Shown here one piece after another: positions 1-9,124 of a stretch of DNA of 64,000 nucleotides. This DNA comes from Patescibacteria group bacterium (GTDB lineage Bacteria; Patescibacteriota; Minisyncoccia; Phycocordibacterales; SIBU01). The stretch spans positions 67,157 to 131,156 of the forward strand of contig JAZJZC010000004.1 of the NCBI GenBank assembly GCA_040390045.1, in the 5' to 3' direction. The stretch's first letter is position 1. Every line of letters begins with the position of its first letter. Made by a program: the position numbers and the translations under genes. Below the pieces are notes generated by a model. The model was not told where the DNA came from. It did no database searches and was given only the letters and a program-made list of their open reading frames with translations.

Positions 1-285
1 GCAACAGCAGATAGTTTGAAGGCCGCCTTTTCAAAGGTTGGAACTGTGGTTTCAGCAAACGTTATCATCGACAAAATGACAGGACGCTCACGAGGTTTTG
101 GTTTCGTTGAAATGGAAGATGCAGATGCTGAAAAAGCAGTTGCAACTATGCACGGAACTGAGCTCGATGGTCGCACATTGACTGTCAACGAAGCTCGCCC
201 TATGTCAGATAAACCTCCACGACGAAGTGGCGGATTTGATAGAGGAGAGCGAAGTGGTGGTGATGATCGCCGATCAAACTACTAA
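1..285 (+). CDS. RRM (RNP-1) RNA-binding protein, 5' partial
   Basis: RNP1 motif RGFGFVEM, ending LDGRTLTVNEARP plus a Gly/Arg tail; frame is open to the window start. Confidence 0.92.
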   Translation, partial: ATADSLKAAFSKVGTVVSANVIIDKMTGRSRGFGFVEMEDADAEKAVATMHGTELDGRTLTVNEARPMSDKPPRRSGGFDRGERSGGDDRRSNY

Positions 286-333
286 ATAGTAAATTAGATA
301 GTAGTAGGTTAGACATGAAGATGAATGTTTAAC

Positions 334-374
334 AAAAAGAATGCCCCGCGCCTCTGGCGCGGGGCATTCTTTTT
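334..374. terminator. Bidirectional terminator / REP-like palindrome
   Basis: Perfect stem AAAAAGAATGCCCCGCGCC-tct-GGCGCGGGGCATTCTTTTT; same core recurs at 59486-59526. Confidence 0.8.
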
Positions 375-395
375 AGAATTTGCTATAATAAAACC

Positions 396-1247
396 ATGAA
401 GAAAATCATCATAATAATACTTTTTATTCTTGTAGTAGCTGGAGCTGGAATTTTTCTCTGGCAGAGAGGTTCCTTATGGCAGGCAACTAATCCCGAACCA
501 GTCATGTGTACGATGGAAGCCAAACTATGTCCCGATGGTAGCTACGTTGGCCGTTCCGGACCAAAATGTGAGTTTGCAAAATGTCCTGTAACAACATCTG
601 GCAATTTTACAAAGGGTGAATTAACCCTAGGTGTTGGAGAGAGTAAAAAAATTGACGATCTCACTATTAAAATTAATAAAGTTTTGGAAGATAGTCGCTG
701 TCCCAGTGACGTGCAATGTATTCAGGCGGGGACGGTTAGACTCGAGACCCTTCTCACCTTGCCGGATAGCACCGAATCCGCTGTTTTTTCATTGAATGCT
801 AAGCAGCAGTTGTATGGTAGTTATTTAATTTCCTTGATCGCAGTGTTGCCCGGGAAAATTAGCACCAAAACCATTACCAACAAGGATTACGCAGTGACTT
901 TTTTAGTTGAAAAACAAAAACAAAATCCCACATCTCAAACTGGAAAAATTTCTGGAAAAGTAACTCTTTCACCCACATGCCCTGTTGAAAAATTTCCACC
1001 AGATCCCGCGTGTGCGCCCAAGCCTTACCAAACAACAATCCAGGCTTTTCTTCCTGACGGCTCTGAGTTAGTAGCGTCTGCCAAATCAAATGCCGATGGT
1101 ACGTTTACGATGAGTCTACCGGGGGGTGATTACAATCTTGAAACCAAAGGTGGTGAAGTCTATCCACGATGCGCTTCGCAAGGTGTCACCGTGAATGCAG
1201 GCAAAGAAGTTTCAGTTTCAATTTCATGCGATACGGGAATACGTTAA
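396..1247 (+). CDS. Membrane-anchored surface protein with Cys-rich motif and C-terminal carboxypeptidase-regulatory-like beta domain
   Basis: N-terminal TM helix; CTMEAKLCPDGSYVGRSGPKCEFAKCP motif typical of CPR surface proteins; TGCTATAAT 6 nt before ATG. Confidence 0.75.
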   Translation: MKKIIIIILFILVVAGAGIFLWQRGSLWQATNPEPVMCTMEAKLCPDGSYVGRSGPKCEFAKCPVTTSGNFTKGELTLGVGESKKIDDLTIKINKVLEDSRCPSDVQCIQAGTVRLETLLTLPDSTESAVFSLNAKQQLYGSYLISLIAVLPGKISTKTITNKDYAVTFLVEKQKQNPTSQTGKISGKVTLSPTCPVEKFPPDPACAPKPYQTTIQAFLPDGSELVASAKSNADGTFTMSLPGGDYNLETKGGEVYPRCASQGVTVNAGKEVSVSISCDTGIR

Positions 1248-1273
1248 TTTTGCCTTCAACTAATAATTCTTTT

Positions 1274-2266
1274 ATGAATCGTTATTTGAAAATTTTGATG
1301 GTCGGAGTTGTCATTGCTGGCATGGGGTATGTTTTTCGCGCACCGATTGAAAAAACCATTGGCCCGATTGTAACCCCAATATACGAGCGATCAGTGGAAA
1401 ATTTTAATTTCCTTTTTTCCCAAATTAGAAATTACTTCACGCCTTGTTCCTCTCCAATTGCCTACAAGCTCGATAGCTTCAGTACCAAGTTTGGAATTTC
1501 TAAAACCTATTTTTTAAGCGCCATGGCAGATGCTGAGGCCATTTGGGAAAAACCTTTCGGCCGACAATTATTTACCTATGCGCCAGAAGGAGGAGTACTC
1601 AAAGTAAATTTAATTTACGATTACCGCCAACAAACCACGGCCAATTTAAGCACACTCGATGTTGTTGTAAAAAACAACAAGGCTTCCTATGACGATTTGG
1701 TTGCCAAGTTAGCAACTTTAAAATCTCAGTATCAGACTAAGAAAGATGCATTTGACGCGGCAGTTAGTGCCTATGAAACTAATGCCGATGAATATCACCA
1801 GGAAGTTTCAATGTGGAATGCAAAAGGCGGTGCGCCGAAATCTGAATACGATAAGCTTCAGGCAACTCGCGTATCCTTACAAAATCAATCAGCGCAACTT
1901 CAGGTGATGCAAAACGCGGTTAATGAATTGGTCAACCAAATTAACTCTTTGGTGCTCACAATCAACAGGCTCGGCGCTAGTCTCAATTTAACCGTTGATC
2001 AATACAATACAGTTGGAGCAACGAGAGGCGAAACATTTGAGGAAGGTTTGTATCAAAGCAGTGCGGCCGGATCGGAAATTGATATTTACGAATTTAGTAG
2101 CCGAAATAAACTAGTGAGAGTTTTGGCGCACGAGCTTGGACACGCGCTTGGTCTTGATCATGTGAATGATCCCGAAGCCATTATGTATAAATTAAATAAT
2201 GGTTCGAGTTTGGCTTTAACTAAAGCGGATTTAGCGGCGCTCAATACAAGGTGTAGGGTGAAGTGA
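1274..2266 (+). CDS. Matrixin-family (M10-like) zinc metalloprotease with coiled coil
   Basis: HELGHALGLDH zinc motif followed by a Met-turn (AIMY); N-terminal TM helix; start moved to ATG 1274. Confidence 0.88.
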   Translation: MNRYLKILMVGVVIAGMGYVFRAPIEKTIGPIVTPIYERSVENFNFLFSQIRNYFTPCSSPIAYKLDSFSTKFGISKTYFLSAMADAEAIWEKPFGRQLFTYAPEGGVLKVNLIYDYRQQTTANLSTLDVVVKNNKASYDDLVAKLATLKSQYQTKKDAFDAAVSAYETNADEYHQEVSMWNAKGGAPKSEYDKLQATRVSLQNQSAQLQVMQNAVNELVNQINSLVLTINRLGASLNLTVDQYNTVGATRGETFEEGLYQSSAAGSEIDIYEFSSRNKLVRVLAHELGHALGLDHVNDPEAIMYKLNNGSSLALTKADLAALNTRCRVK

Positions 2267-2314
2267 AAGGAGGGGAAGGTTTTAGGGGTTAGGGTTTAGT
2301 AAACAAAAGTAAAA

Positions 2315-2349
2315 AGCCCGCAAAATTTTTCCGAAAAATTTTGCGGGCT
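2315..2349. terminator. Hairpin between convergent genes
   Basis: AGCCCGCAAAATTTTT-ccg-AAAAATTTTGCGGGCT. Confidence 0.75.
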
Positions 2350-2361
2350 CACTCGAAAAGG

Positions 2362-2811
2362 TCAATTGAACACGAACTTATAGATGGGGAAAAGTCTCCA
2401 AATGATTTGGACAACCTGCCCCGTTGCCCTGTGCCGGAACATGCAGTGTTTTAGGTCCCTCGTGTCTTTGAGCTCGGTAACTTGCTCGAAGGCGCTGCAA
2501 TCCTCCGAAAGATCCTCGGTGAGGTGGGCGTAAAGATTTCCGAAGCCTGTTGCGGTAGACGTCGCCCATGCTTCATGCTCCTGAGTGTTCCTTGGAATAA
2601 GTTCAATTCGAGAATTATCCCTTTGGATCCAGGCGATCTCGTCGGTTGTCTTAAGCACGGTGTAGCCCAGTTTTTCATAACAGGCGAGATCCGCCTTGAG
2701 AGAATCATGTACCCAAAAAGCGCTGTGTTCGTGTTGAATGGTGGTGCTTTTGCCGGCACCCTCGAGTGTGCTTAGTGCAAGAAGGAGGTCTTCCCAAACT
2801 GCGGTTTTCAT
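2362..2811 (-). CDS. Hypothetical protein (possibly VOC/glyoxalase-like fold)
   Basis: 149-aa ORF with an AC-rich leader and downstream hairpin; H-x-A, YEKLGY and IELIP pattern loosely VOC-like. Confidence 0.55.
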   Translation of the reverse strand: MKTAVWEDLLLALSTLEGAGKSTTIQHEHSAFWVHDSLKADLACYEKLGYTVLKTTDEIAWIQRDNSRIELIPRNTQEHEAWATSTATGFGNLYAHLTEDLSEDCSAFEQVTELKDTRDLKHCMFRHRATGQVVQIIWRLFPIYKFVFN

Positions 2812-2880
2812 AATTTCGTGTGTGCTGTGTTTGCTCGCAAAACCTTATCACAAAATATATGAAATTCGCAAATGGAAATA

Positions 2881-3594
2881 CTAATTAATTTTTTTCTGAG
2901 CGTAAACCGAAATACTCCGTCTCTTAAACGCATGGCCTTGGCGAAGATGGCCGTGGGATTTAGTTACTTTTTCAATAGTGAAAAATTCCGAAAGTGAGGC
3001 CTCAATTTCAGCTTCGGTGAAGACGTGTTCGGCTTGGCCAATTTTTGGATGAATGTAGGAGCCTTTTTCCTCAGCGGGATTTTCCTTAAGTAGTCGCTCG
3101 GCATTTACATCGTCATCTCGAAGAAAAGTTTTTAAAAATAACCAACCACCAGGTCGGAGCACTCGATCAATTTCAGAAATTAATTTTTTTCGTTGTTCCT
3201 GATTCAAAAAATGTGAAGTCATCATGTCGAGAACGAAGGATTGAGATCGGTCGGGGACAGGAAGGACATCACTAATTGAACCAACTTTATATTCCAAATT
3301 TAAATCAGTGCTCAATTTTTTTGCCTGCTCAACGGCTTCACGAGAAATGTCCAAACCCAAACCTTTCAAACCATAATTTTGAGCAAGAAAAATTAAATTG
3401 CGCCCGTTGCCACATCCTAGGTCAAGAACCGTGGAGGTTTGATTCAAAAATTCTCTACCGTGCTCGCGCTCTAGCCAGCGGGCGAATTTTTGTAGGTCTT
3501 CACTTGGATTAGTTGAAATCGCCAGGTGTGTTCCGGTTTTATATTCCTTATTCCAAAAGTCTTGTCCTTTGCCCGCAAATCTCTTTCTTTTCAT
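2881..3594 (-). CDS. Class I SAM-dependent methyltransferase
   Basis: VLDLGCGNGRN motif I; VLRPGG. Confidence 0.9.
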   Translation of the reverse strand: MKRKRFAGKGQDFWNKEYKTGTHLAISTNPSEDLQKFARWLEREHGREFLNQTSTVLDLGCGNGRNLIFLAQNYGLKGLGLDISREAVEQAKKLSTDLNLEYKVGSISDVLPVPDRSQSFVLDMMTSHFLNQEQRKKLISEIDRVLRPGGWLFLKTFLRDDDVNAERLLKENPAEEKGSYIHPKIGQAEHVFTEAEIEASLSEFFTIEKVTKSHGHLRQGHAFKRRSISVYAQKKIN

Positions 3595-3661
3595 AGCCGT
3601 ATACTACAACAAAGATGCACTTCTCGCATCATTTCTCAATTTCGGCTATACTGTCAAAATT

Positions 3662-4429
3662 ATGGCACCAGCGCATCACAACAAAATTTACATTTACGGC
3701 AAACACGCCTTAGCCGAAGCCTTGACGAACACTCCAAAGGTTATTGAAGAAATTTTCATGACTTCTACATTTGATGATTCTGCTATTCGAGCGCAGGTCA
3801 AAAAGCTTGGTCTCGCCACCTCAGTTTTGTTACCAAATAAATTACCAAAAGAAGTTGATTCACAAGCGGCTCACCAGGGAATTATTGGCGTGCTTTCTTT
3901 TGACAGACTGATCCAACCGTTCACACAATTTGCTGAAAATTTAAAAATTACTCCCGACACCTCGCTGATTCTTTTAGGTGAACTTTCCGACCCACAAAAT
4001 GTCGGCGCGGTGATTCGCAGTGCTGCCGCCTTTGGAATTTCTGCCGTTTTAATTCCTGAACACAATCAAGCTCAGATCACCGGTTCGGTGGTAAAAGTTT
4101 CGGCAGGAATGGTTTTCAGAATTCCGTTGGTCTCAGTGAGCAATGTTAATACCAGTTTACGTGAATTGAAGGATAGGGGATTTGCCGTGTACGGTCTTGA
4201 AGGTGGAGCAAAATACACTATGCCGAAGGAGGAATTTGAATTACCGACAATTTTTGTACTTGGCAACGAGTCAGAAGGCATTCGCGAAAAAACTCGCGAG
4301 CTCTGTGATAAATTAATTTCCATTCCCATTAGTCCAAATTGCGAATCATTGAACGCTGGTGTCTCCGCCGCCGTTGCATTTTACGCATGGAGCGCGAAAC
4401 ATCCGAAGGCTGTAAGATCAAGCAAATAA
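3662..4429 (+). CDS. rlmB: 23S rRNA 2'-O-methyltransferase RlmB (TrmH/SPOUT family)
   Basis: IYGKH, HQGI, DPQNVGAVIRSA, LGNESEG, ESLNAGVS motifs. Confidence 0.88.
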   Translation: MAPAHHNKIYIYGKHALAEALTNTPKVIEEIFMTSTFDDSAIRAQVKKLGLATSVLLPNKLPKEVDSQAAHQGIIGVLSFDRLIQPFTQFAENLKITPDTSLILLGELSDPQNVGAVIRSAAAFGISAVLIPEHNQAQITGSVVKVSAGMVFRIPLVSVSNVNTSLRELKDRGFAVYGLEGGAKYTMPKEEFELPTIFVLGNESEGIREKTRELCDKLISIPISPNCESLNAGVSAAVAFYAWSAKHPKAVRSSK

Positions 4430-4469
4430 AAACCACACTTTGCAGTGTGGTGCGAATTCTTTTTCCTGC

Positions 4470-5828
4470 TCACTCGCATAGCACGAGGTCACTGGTTTCA
4501 GGTAATTCCGGCAACTTCCAACTCAAGGCCTGCTGGATAACTCTTTCCGCGCCAACCAAGGCACGTTCGCTGACGCGGTTGACCGGTTGCCAGGACCAGG
4601 TTTTGGGATGTTCAATGCTGTTGTGATCAAGCAAGGTCTTTCGAAGTGCCCAATTGGCCGCCGCTGCAAGCTCAATGCCTCGCATGAACTGGATGGCGCC
4701 ACCAAGCATTATCATCGATACATCCCAATGCTCCTGTTGGCTTCGGAAATTGCTAACCTTCCGAAACTCCGATTGTTCAAACTCCACGCTGAAGGTGGTT
4801 TCCGATGGCACGAGCGAAAGGTACTCCCGTATCGCAATATGCCCACCAAGCCAATCAACTTGTTTACCGTCAGCAATTGCCAGCGAGTTATGTTGAGTGG
4901 CTCCGGGCGCGGGCTGGTCGCCGTTCATTTTTGACCACCCGCTATCACCAGCGATTCTCTGGCCAAGGAAGCCACTCATGGCAATCAAGCCATCCTGCCG
5001 ACTGAGATCTTTTCCGTGAAAGCGACCAATAAACCATTCGTAACCGGCCATCTTGAGGACGAGAAATGACCACTCGGGCCGCATTCCCTGCAGGATGTCG
5101 TGGCTAGCGTCGTAGTTGAGGAAGCACCATCCTTTTAGTCCGGCCGCCTCGACCATACGCGCGATGATGATCCAGTGAAGCGGATTGTTCGCGATGTTTT
5201 GGGTGAAAACTTCCCGACTCGACCAGCCGCACATTGGGCAATTTTCAATGAAGAGTTTTACCCGGTGTGCCTTGGCGTATCGAACGAGCGGAATCAAAAC
5301 CCTCCCTGCCAGACGCATATTTTGCTCGATGGTCAGGTTAAGATCGCGTCCGATGAAAATCGTAACGCCCTTCGTACCAAGGCCAGCTTTTTTGAGTGCG
5401 CCGGCAGTGCGAATCGCTCGCCGAAGATGTTCGATATTTTGAAGGCGGTTTTCAAGATTAAGGTCGAGCAGGTTGTCGAATGCTCCGAGGCTGCCGATTT
5501 TAACCTTACCTTGCGCAGCGTCCTCAAGTCGCTTAATGTCATCCTTGAGAATCTCCTCGCCGCTTCCATCACGGAACGTTCGAATGGGAGTGTGTTTTGC
5601 AACCGGATCCGCCATGCTTTCAGGCGGGACATTGGCATCTGCTGGCGCAAGTGCACAACCGAGTTCCAAGACGGTAACTCCGGTTTTTCGCGCATGCACG
5701 AGGTGTTTGGTTGCCGCTATCATCGACGCCTTTCGTGGGTCGCGGATAAACATATCCGAGTTGGTACCCGGTGGTGTTTGAACACTGGCTGTAAAATAGC
5801 CGATGTCCAACATATCTAATGTTGTCAT
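4470..5828 (-). CDS. Sugar-phosphate isomerase/epimerase (xylose isomerase-like TIM barrel), divergent, with extensions
   Basis: IENCPMCGW, NYDASH, FHGKD and SVEFE metal-binding pattern; upstream TTGACA..TAGTAT promoter places the start at ATG 5828. Confidence 0.75.
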   Translation of the reverse strand: MTTLDMLDIGYFTASVQTPPGTNSDMFIRDPRKASMIAATKHLVHARKTGVTVLELGCALAPADANVPPESMADPVAKHTPIRTFRDGSGEEILKDDIKRLEDAAQGKVKIGSLGAFDNLLDLNLENRLQNIEHLRRAIRTAGALKKAGLGTKGVTIFIGRDLNLTIEQNMRLAGRVLIPLVRYAKAHRVKLFIENCPMCGWSSREVFTQNIANNPLHWIIIARMVEAAGLKGWCFLNYDASHDILQGMRPEWSFLVLKMAGYEWFIGRFHGKDLSRQDGLIAMSGFLGQRIAGDSGWSKMNGDQPAPGATQHNSLAIADGKQVDWLGGHIAIREYLSLVPSETTFSVEFEQSEFRKVSNFRSQQEHWDVSMIMLGGAIQFMRGIELAAAANWALRKTLLDHNSIEHPKTWSWQPVNRVSERALVGAERVIQQALSWKLPELPETSDLVLCE

Positions 5829-6015
5829 AGATTTTATGTGTACTGGTGAATCCAAACGCTTCCATACCGACACTCGTCGGCTTGGCCGTTTAGGTTGTTG
5901 AGAGAATATCCCAATCGGGTTCAATACTACAAAGATAGGAGGAGTTGTCAATCTTAAAATTTAATTAAAAAAACCGCCGACGCAAAGCGTTGGCGGGATT
6001 AGGTGATACGCTGCG

Positions 6016-7515
6016 TCAGCGGAACGAACGCGCTTTTGCAAGGACGTTATCGATTTGGATCGCTTCACCCCTGAGGTTATACGAGAAACTGAAAATTTCT
6101 TCCCATCGTGCCTTTGTGTTAGCCAGACAGAAAATTTTTCCAAGGGCCGAGTTCCAAGTATCAGTTTGGACGGTAGTAAACGCCAACTCTTCGGAAGGTC
6201 GCAGAATACATCTTGGAATATGATCCTGAATCGATGTTGTCGGGGTTCGCCACTTGGCGACATGAGCTGCCGCCTCCTGAGCCTCTGCGTAGGATGTACA
6301 CTCATTTGTGCGAATGAGTTTAGTCACGGCGTTTGGCTCCAACACACCAAAAGCCGCCAACTGGACAATGGAATAGCCAGCGCCTGGACTGAGGCCGCAT
6401 TCAAGGCCGACCTCTTCCAAAAAGTCTGCAACTTTGCTGGCGGCGTACACCCCCGCGCAGTCGAGAACTTCGCACAGCATCTGATCCGGATAGACCTGAA
6501 GATTTTCCAGCACTTTGGTCATTTGCGTCAGCGTGTGTGTGGTGACAAAAAACAAATCCGGCCAGGCCACGCGTTCGACGCAAGACTGCTCGATACCTCG
6601 TTCATGCCAGGTCTGGATGTTTTGTACAATCATCTGAACGTAACCTTCGGCCATGCGAAGCATGCCCCCCATTTGCTCGAGAGTGATCGTGTTGCGTTTG
6701 TGCGGCATACGAGAAGAACCGCGCTGACTTTTGCCAAATGGCTCACGCATCAGAGTCCTCCCACTTCGAGCGTTGAGACGGATGTCGGTGGCGATTTTTA
6801 CGATCGTCGCAACCAGTTGTCCAAGTGCGGAAGCAACCGGCGCGTAGACTTCGCGAGGAATGATTTGAGTAGCGCCGTAAAATGGCAGGAAACCCAAACT
6901 CGCGAGTGCCACTCTTTGAATCTCATCCGAAAGGTCGGGTGAGTTGCCTATAGCTCCGGAGAGCTTTGAGCGGTCGAGACCGCTTTTGGCGCGTTTCAAA
7001 TTCTCAACGCTAATCAAGATGGCCTTGAGCCACGTGGCGACACGTTTTCCAAAAGTCTGGAGTTCCGCCCACTGACCATGAGTTTCGCCAAGCATGACTG
7101 TGAAGCGATGGTGCTCAGCCTGCTTGATCAACACATCAATTAGAATGCCGGCCAACTTTTCAACTTCTCCGAGAGAAGCCAAAAGCATTTTGGCAAAGGC
7201 CGGTTCCTCAGTATCATAGGAAGTCATTTTTCCGTGAAAATACCGCTTTAGTGTCGAGTGTAAGTGCCGTTGTCTTTCCTCAACGAAGGCGATCAGATCG
7301 TGCCCGACTTCGGTATCTTTCTTTTTCCACCACTCAAGATCGATAGGAATACTCTCAAGCATTTGACGGATCGTCTCTGCTTCTTCGCGCAGAATTTCTC
7401 CGCAGGTTCCTCGAGCGTCGATCACTGCCAGTTCGGTTGCTTGCCAAAGCCGTAATTTGTTTTCATCCGTCCAGATTTCTTTTATAACAGGGTTTCGGGC
7501 GTATCGTGGGTGCAT
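6016..7515 (-). CDS. purB: Adenylosuccinate lyase
   Basis: N-terminal PRY..IW, HDLIAF, MTSYD, THGQ, KLSGAIG, fumarate-lyase signature GSSRMPHKRN, WHERGI. Confidence 0.9.
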   Translation of the reverse strand: MHPRYARNPVIKEIWTDENKLRLWQATELAVIDARGTCGEILREEAETIRQMLESIPIDLEWWKKKDTEVGHDLIAFVEERQRHLHSTLKRYFHGKMTSYDTEEPAFAKMLLASLGEVEKLAGILIDVLIKQAEHHRFTVMLGETHGQWAELQTFGKRVATWLKAILISVENLKRAKSGLDRSKLSGAIGNSPDLSDEIQRVALASLGFLPFYGATQIIPREVYAPVASALGQLVATIVKIATDIRLNARSGRTLMREPFGKSQRGSSRMPHKRNTITLEQMGGMLRMAEGYVQMIVQNIQTWHERGIEQSCVERVAWPDLFFVTTHTLTQMTKVLENLQVYPDQMLCEVLDCAGVYAASKVADFLEEVGLECGLSPGAGYSIVQLAAFGVLEPNAVTKLIRTNECTSYAEAQEAAAHVAKWRTPTTSIQDHIPRCILRPSEELAFTTVQTDTWNSALGKIFCLANTKARWEEIFSFSYNLRGEAIQIDNVLAKARSFR

Positions 7516-7662
7516 AAGTTCTACTGGTTGCAGTTTCGTTTCAAGGCCGGTGCGTCAATGCATTCGGCTGTCTAACTCTGCGTCAATTCAAGCATTATGG
7601 AAAAGCCGTGTCAATTTTTTCTCTGTGCATAAAATTTTCTGTTGTTCTGCTATAATTATCAA

Positions 7663-8055
7663 ATGCTCTCCGAAGATAAAATTGATTACCTACTCCAAAT
7701 TCGGGATTCGAAACCGGGATTGAGACCTGAGACCGTGAAAGTTATTTTGCGTGCGTTACGATGGGACGAAGATGAAATTGCAAGGGGATTGGAATTTTTG
7801 AAAAGGCCAGCGCCATCTGTAGCTGCGGCAGTTCCGACTCCCGTGGAACTTGCTGAGTCTGATGAGGAAGTTCCCGATGAACCGAAACCCATTGTCATTA
7901 AACAAAACCCATTTCCACTTGGCGCACCGCACCATAAATTAGTAGCACAAAGAAAAGAAAACCGTCACAATCATCATGTGTTGGCCGGATTTGTTTTTGG
8001 AGCAATTGTCATAACTTCGTTTTTGATTTGGTACGGGTACTATTATGCCAACTAA
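7663..8055 (+). CDS. Hypothetical protein with C-terminal TM helix
   Basis: TGCTATAAT 6 nt before ATG 7663; overlaps the start of the next gene. Confidence 0.65.
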   Translation: MLSEDKIDYLLQIRDSKPGLRPETVKVILRALRWDEDEIARGLEFLKRPAPSVAAAVPTPVELAESDEEVPDEPKPIVIKQNPFPLGAPHHKLVAQRKENRHNHHVLAGFVFGAIVITSFLIWYGYYYAN

Positions 8056-8890
8056 AGATAAGTACAGCGCCGTTTGGGTTTCGCATTCCTCAATGGGGGA
8101 TTTTTTGAAATGCCCGCGAGCCTATTATTTGCATAATGTTTTTAAGCATCCGAAAACTGGCAAGAAAATAAATATTATTAATCCCGCGCTGGCGCTCGGC
8201 CAGATTGTCCACGAGATTGTTGAAGGTTTGGGAGAATTTAAAGTTGAAGAGCGTTTTAATCGGCCGCTTCTTGAAATGTATGACAAGGCATGGGAAAAAA
8301 TTTCTGGAAAACGCGGTGGATTTAAAAGTGTAGAAGAGGAGAAAGAAGCCAAAGCTCGTGGCAGAGCGATGGTAGAGAGGGTTATTAAAAATCCTGGGCC
8401 ACTAGCAAATAAAACTGTTCATATTAAACCAGGCGCAAATGGCATGCCTCCAAATTTTTATTTATCAGAAGATGACAATATTATTCTGTGCGGAAAAATC
8501 GACTGGCTTGAGTACATTCCCGAAACTGACTCGGTTCGCTTAATTGATTTTAAAACAGGCAAACATGATGAAAGTGGTGACTCGCTACAACTTCCCATTT
8601 ATCATTTACTATTGAAACATTGCCAAAAGCGCCCGCTCGCCGGAGCAGCGTATTGGTATTTAGATCGCGATGATGTTCCGACGCCGGTTGACCTGCCTGA
8701 TTTAGAGAAAGGCAGAGAAGCGGTGCTCAAGGTTGCGCGCGAGGTCAAGGCGGCGCGTGATAAAAAAGAATTTAATTGTCCACGTGGTGAGAAGGGTTGT
8801 TTTGCCTGTCAGCCATTCGAAAAAATTGTGCGAGGTGAGGCGGAATTTATTGGGACTGGAGAATACAATCAGGATATCTACGTTGTGTAG
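8045..8890 (+). CDS. PD-(D/E)XK nuclease (RecB/AddB nuclease-like)
   Basis: SHSSM..F..CP, G..VH, GKIDWL, IDFKTG, QL..Y, C-terminal C..GCFAC. Confidence 0.85.
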   Translation: MPTKDKYSAVWVSHSSMGDFLKCPRAYYLHNVFKHPKTGKKINIINPALALGQIVHEIVEGLGEFKVEERFNRPLLEMYDKAWEKISGKRGGFKSVEEEKEAKARGRAMVERVIKNPGPLANKTVHIKPGANGMPPNFYLSEDDNIILCGKIDWLEYIPETDSVRLIDFKTGKHDESGDSLQLPIYHLLLKHCQKRPLAGAAYWYLDRDDVPTPVDLPDLEKGREAVLKVAREVKAARDKKEFNCPRGEKGCFACQPFEKIVRGEAEFIGTGEYNQDIYVV

Positions 8891-8951
8891 ACCTGCCCGC
8901 TTTACCTGCCGGCAATCGGGCGGCCAAACAGGTTTAAGATTTCAAGAGTCC

Positions 8952-8979
8952 ATTTAACCATTCGCTCGAAAGGTTAAAT
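8952..8979. repeat. 28-bp quasi-palindrome, copy 1
   Basis: ATTTAACCATTCGCTCGAAAGGTTAAAT, identical to 26364-26391. Confidence 0.9.
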
Positions 8980-9124
8980 AGGAATTTATTCTACTATTTA
9001 TGGTAAGGAACCAATAAAAGTTAGATTTTGACATTTTTTACAGAAACGCTAAGCTTCATTTTAGAAAGATACCAAGTGTACTTGGTTTGAAACGAAGTAA
9101 ACAAAACTCAGTAAGGATCACTGT

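Noticed and set aside
2251-2299. TTAGGG-like telomeric repeat or G-quadruplex
   Set aside because: The period is about 7 and degenerate; it fits the heptamer repeat family better
6055-6942. 295-aa ORF antisense to purB, and similar shadow ORFs over the isomerase, purC, dnaE, rpoBC and 42970-44382
   Set aside because: They lie opposite genes with clear family motifs or promoter context and have no motifs of their own; expected in GC-richer coding DNA
8045-8890. Cas4-like nuclease suggesting a CRISPR system
   Set aside because: No repeat-spacer array or other cas gene in the window; stand-alone PD-(D/E)XK nucleases are common repair proteins
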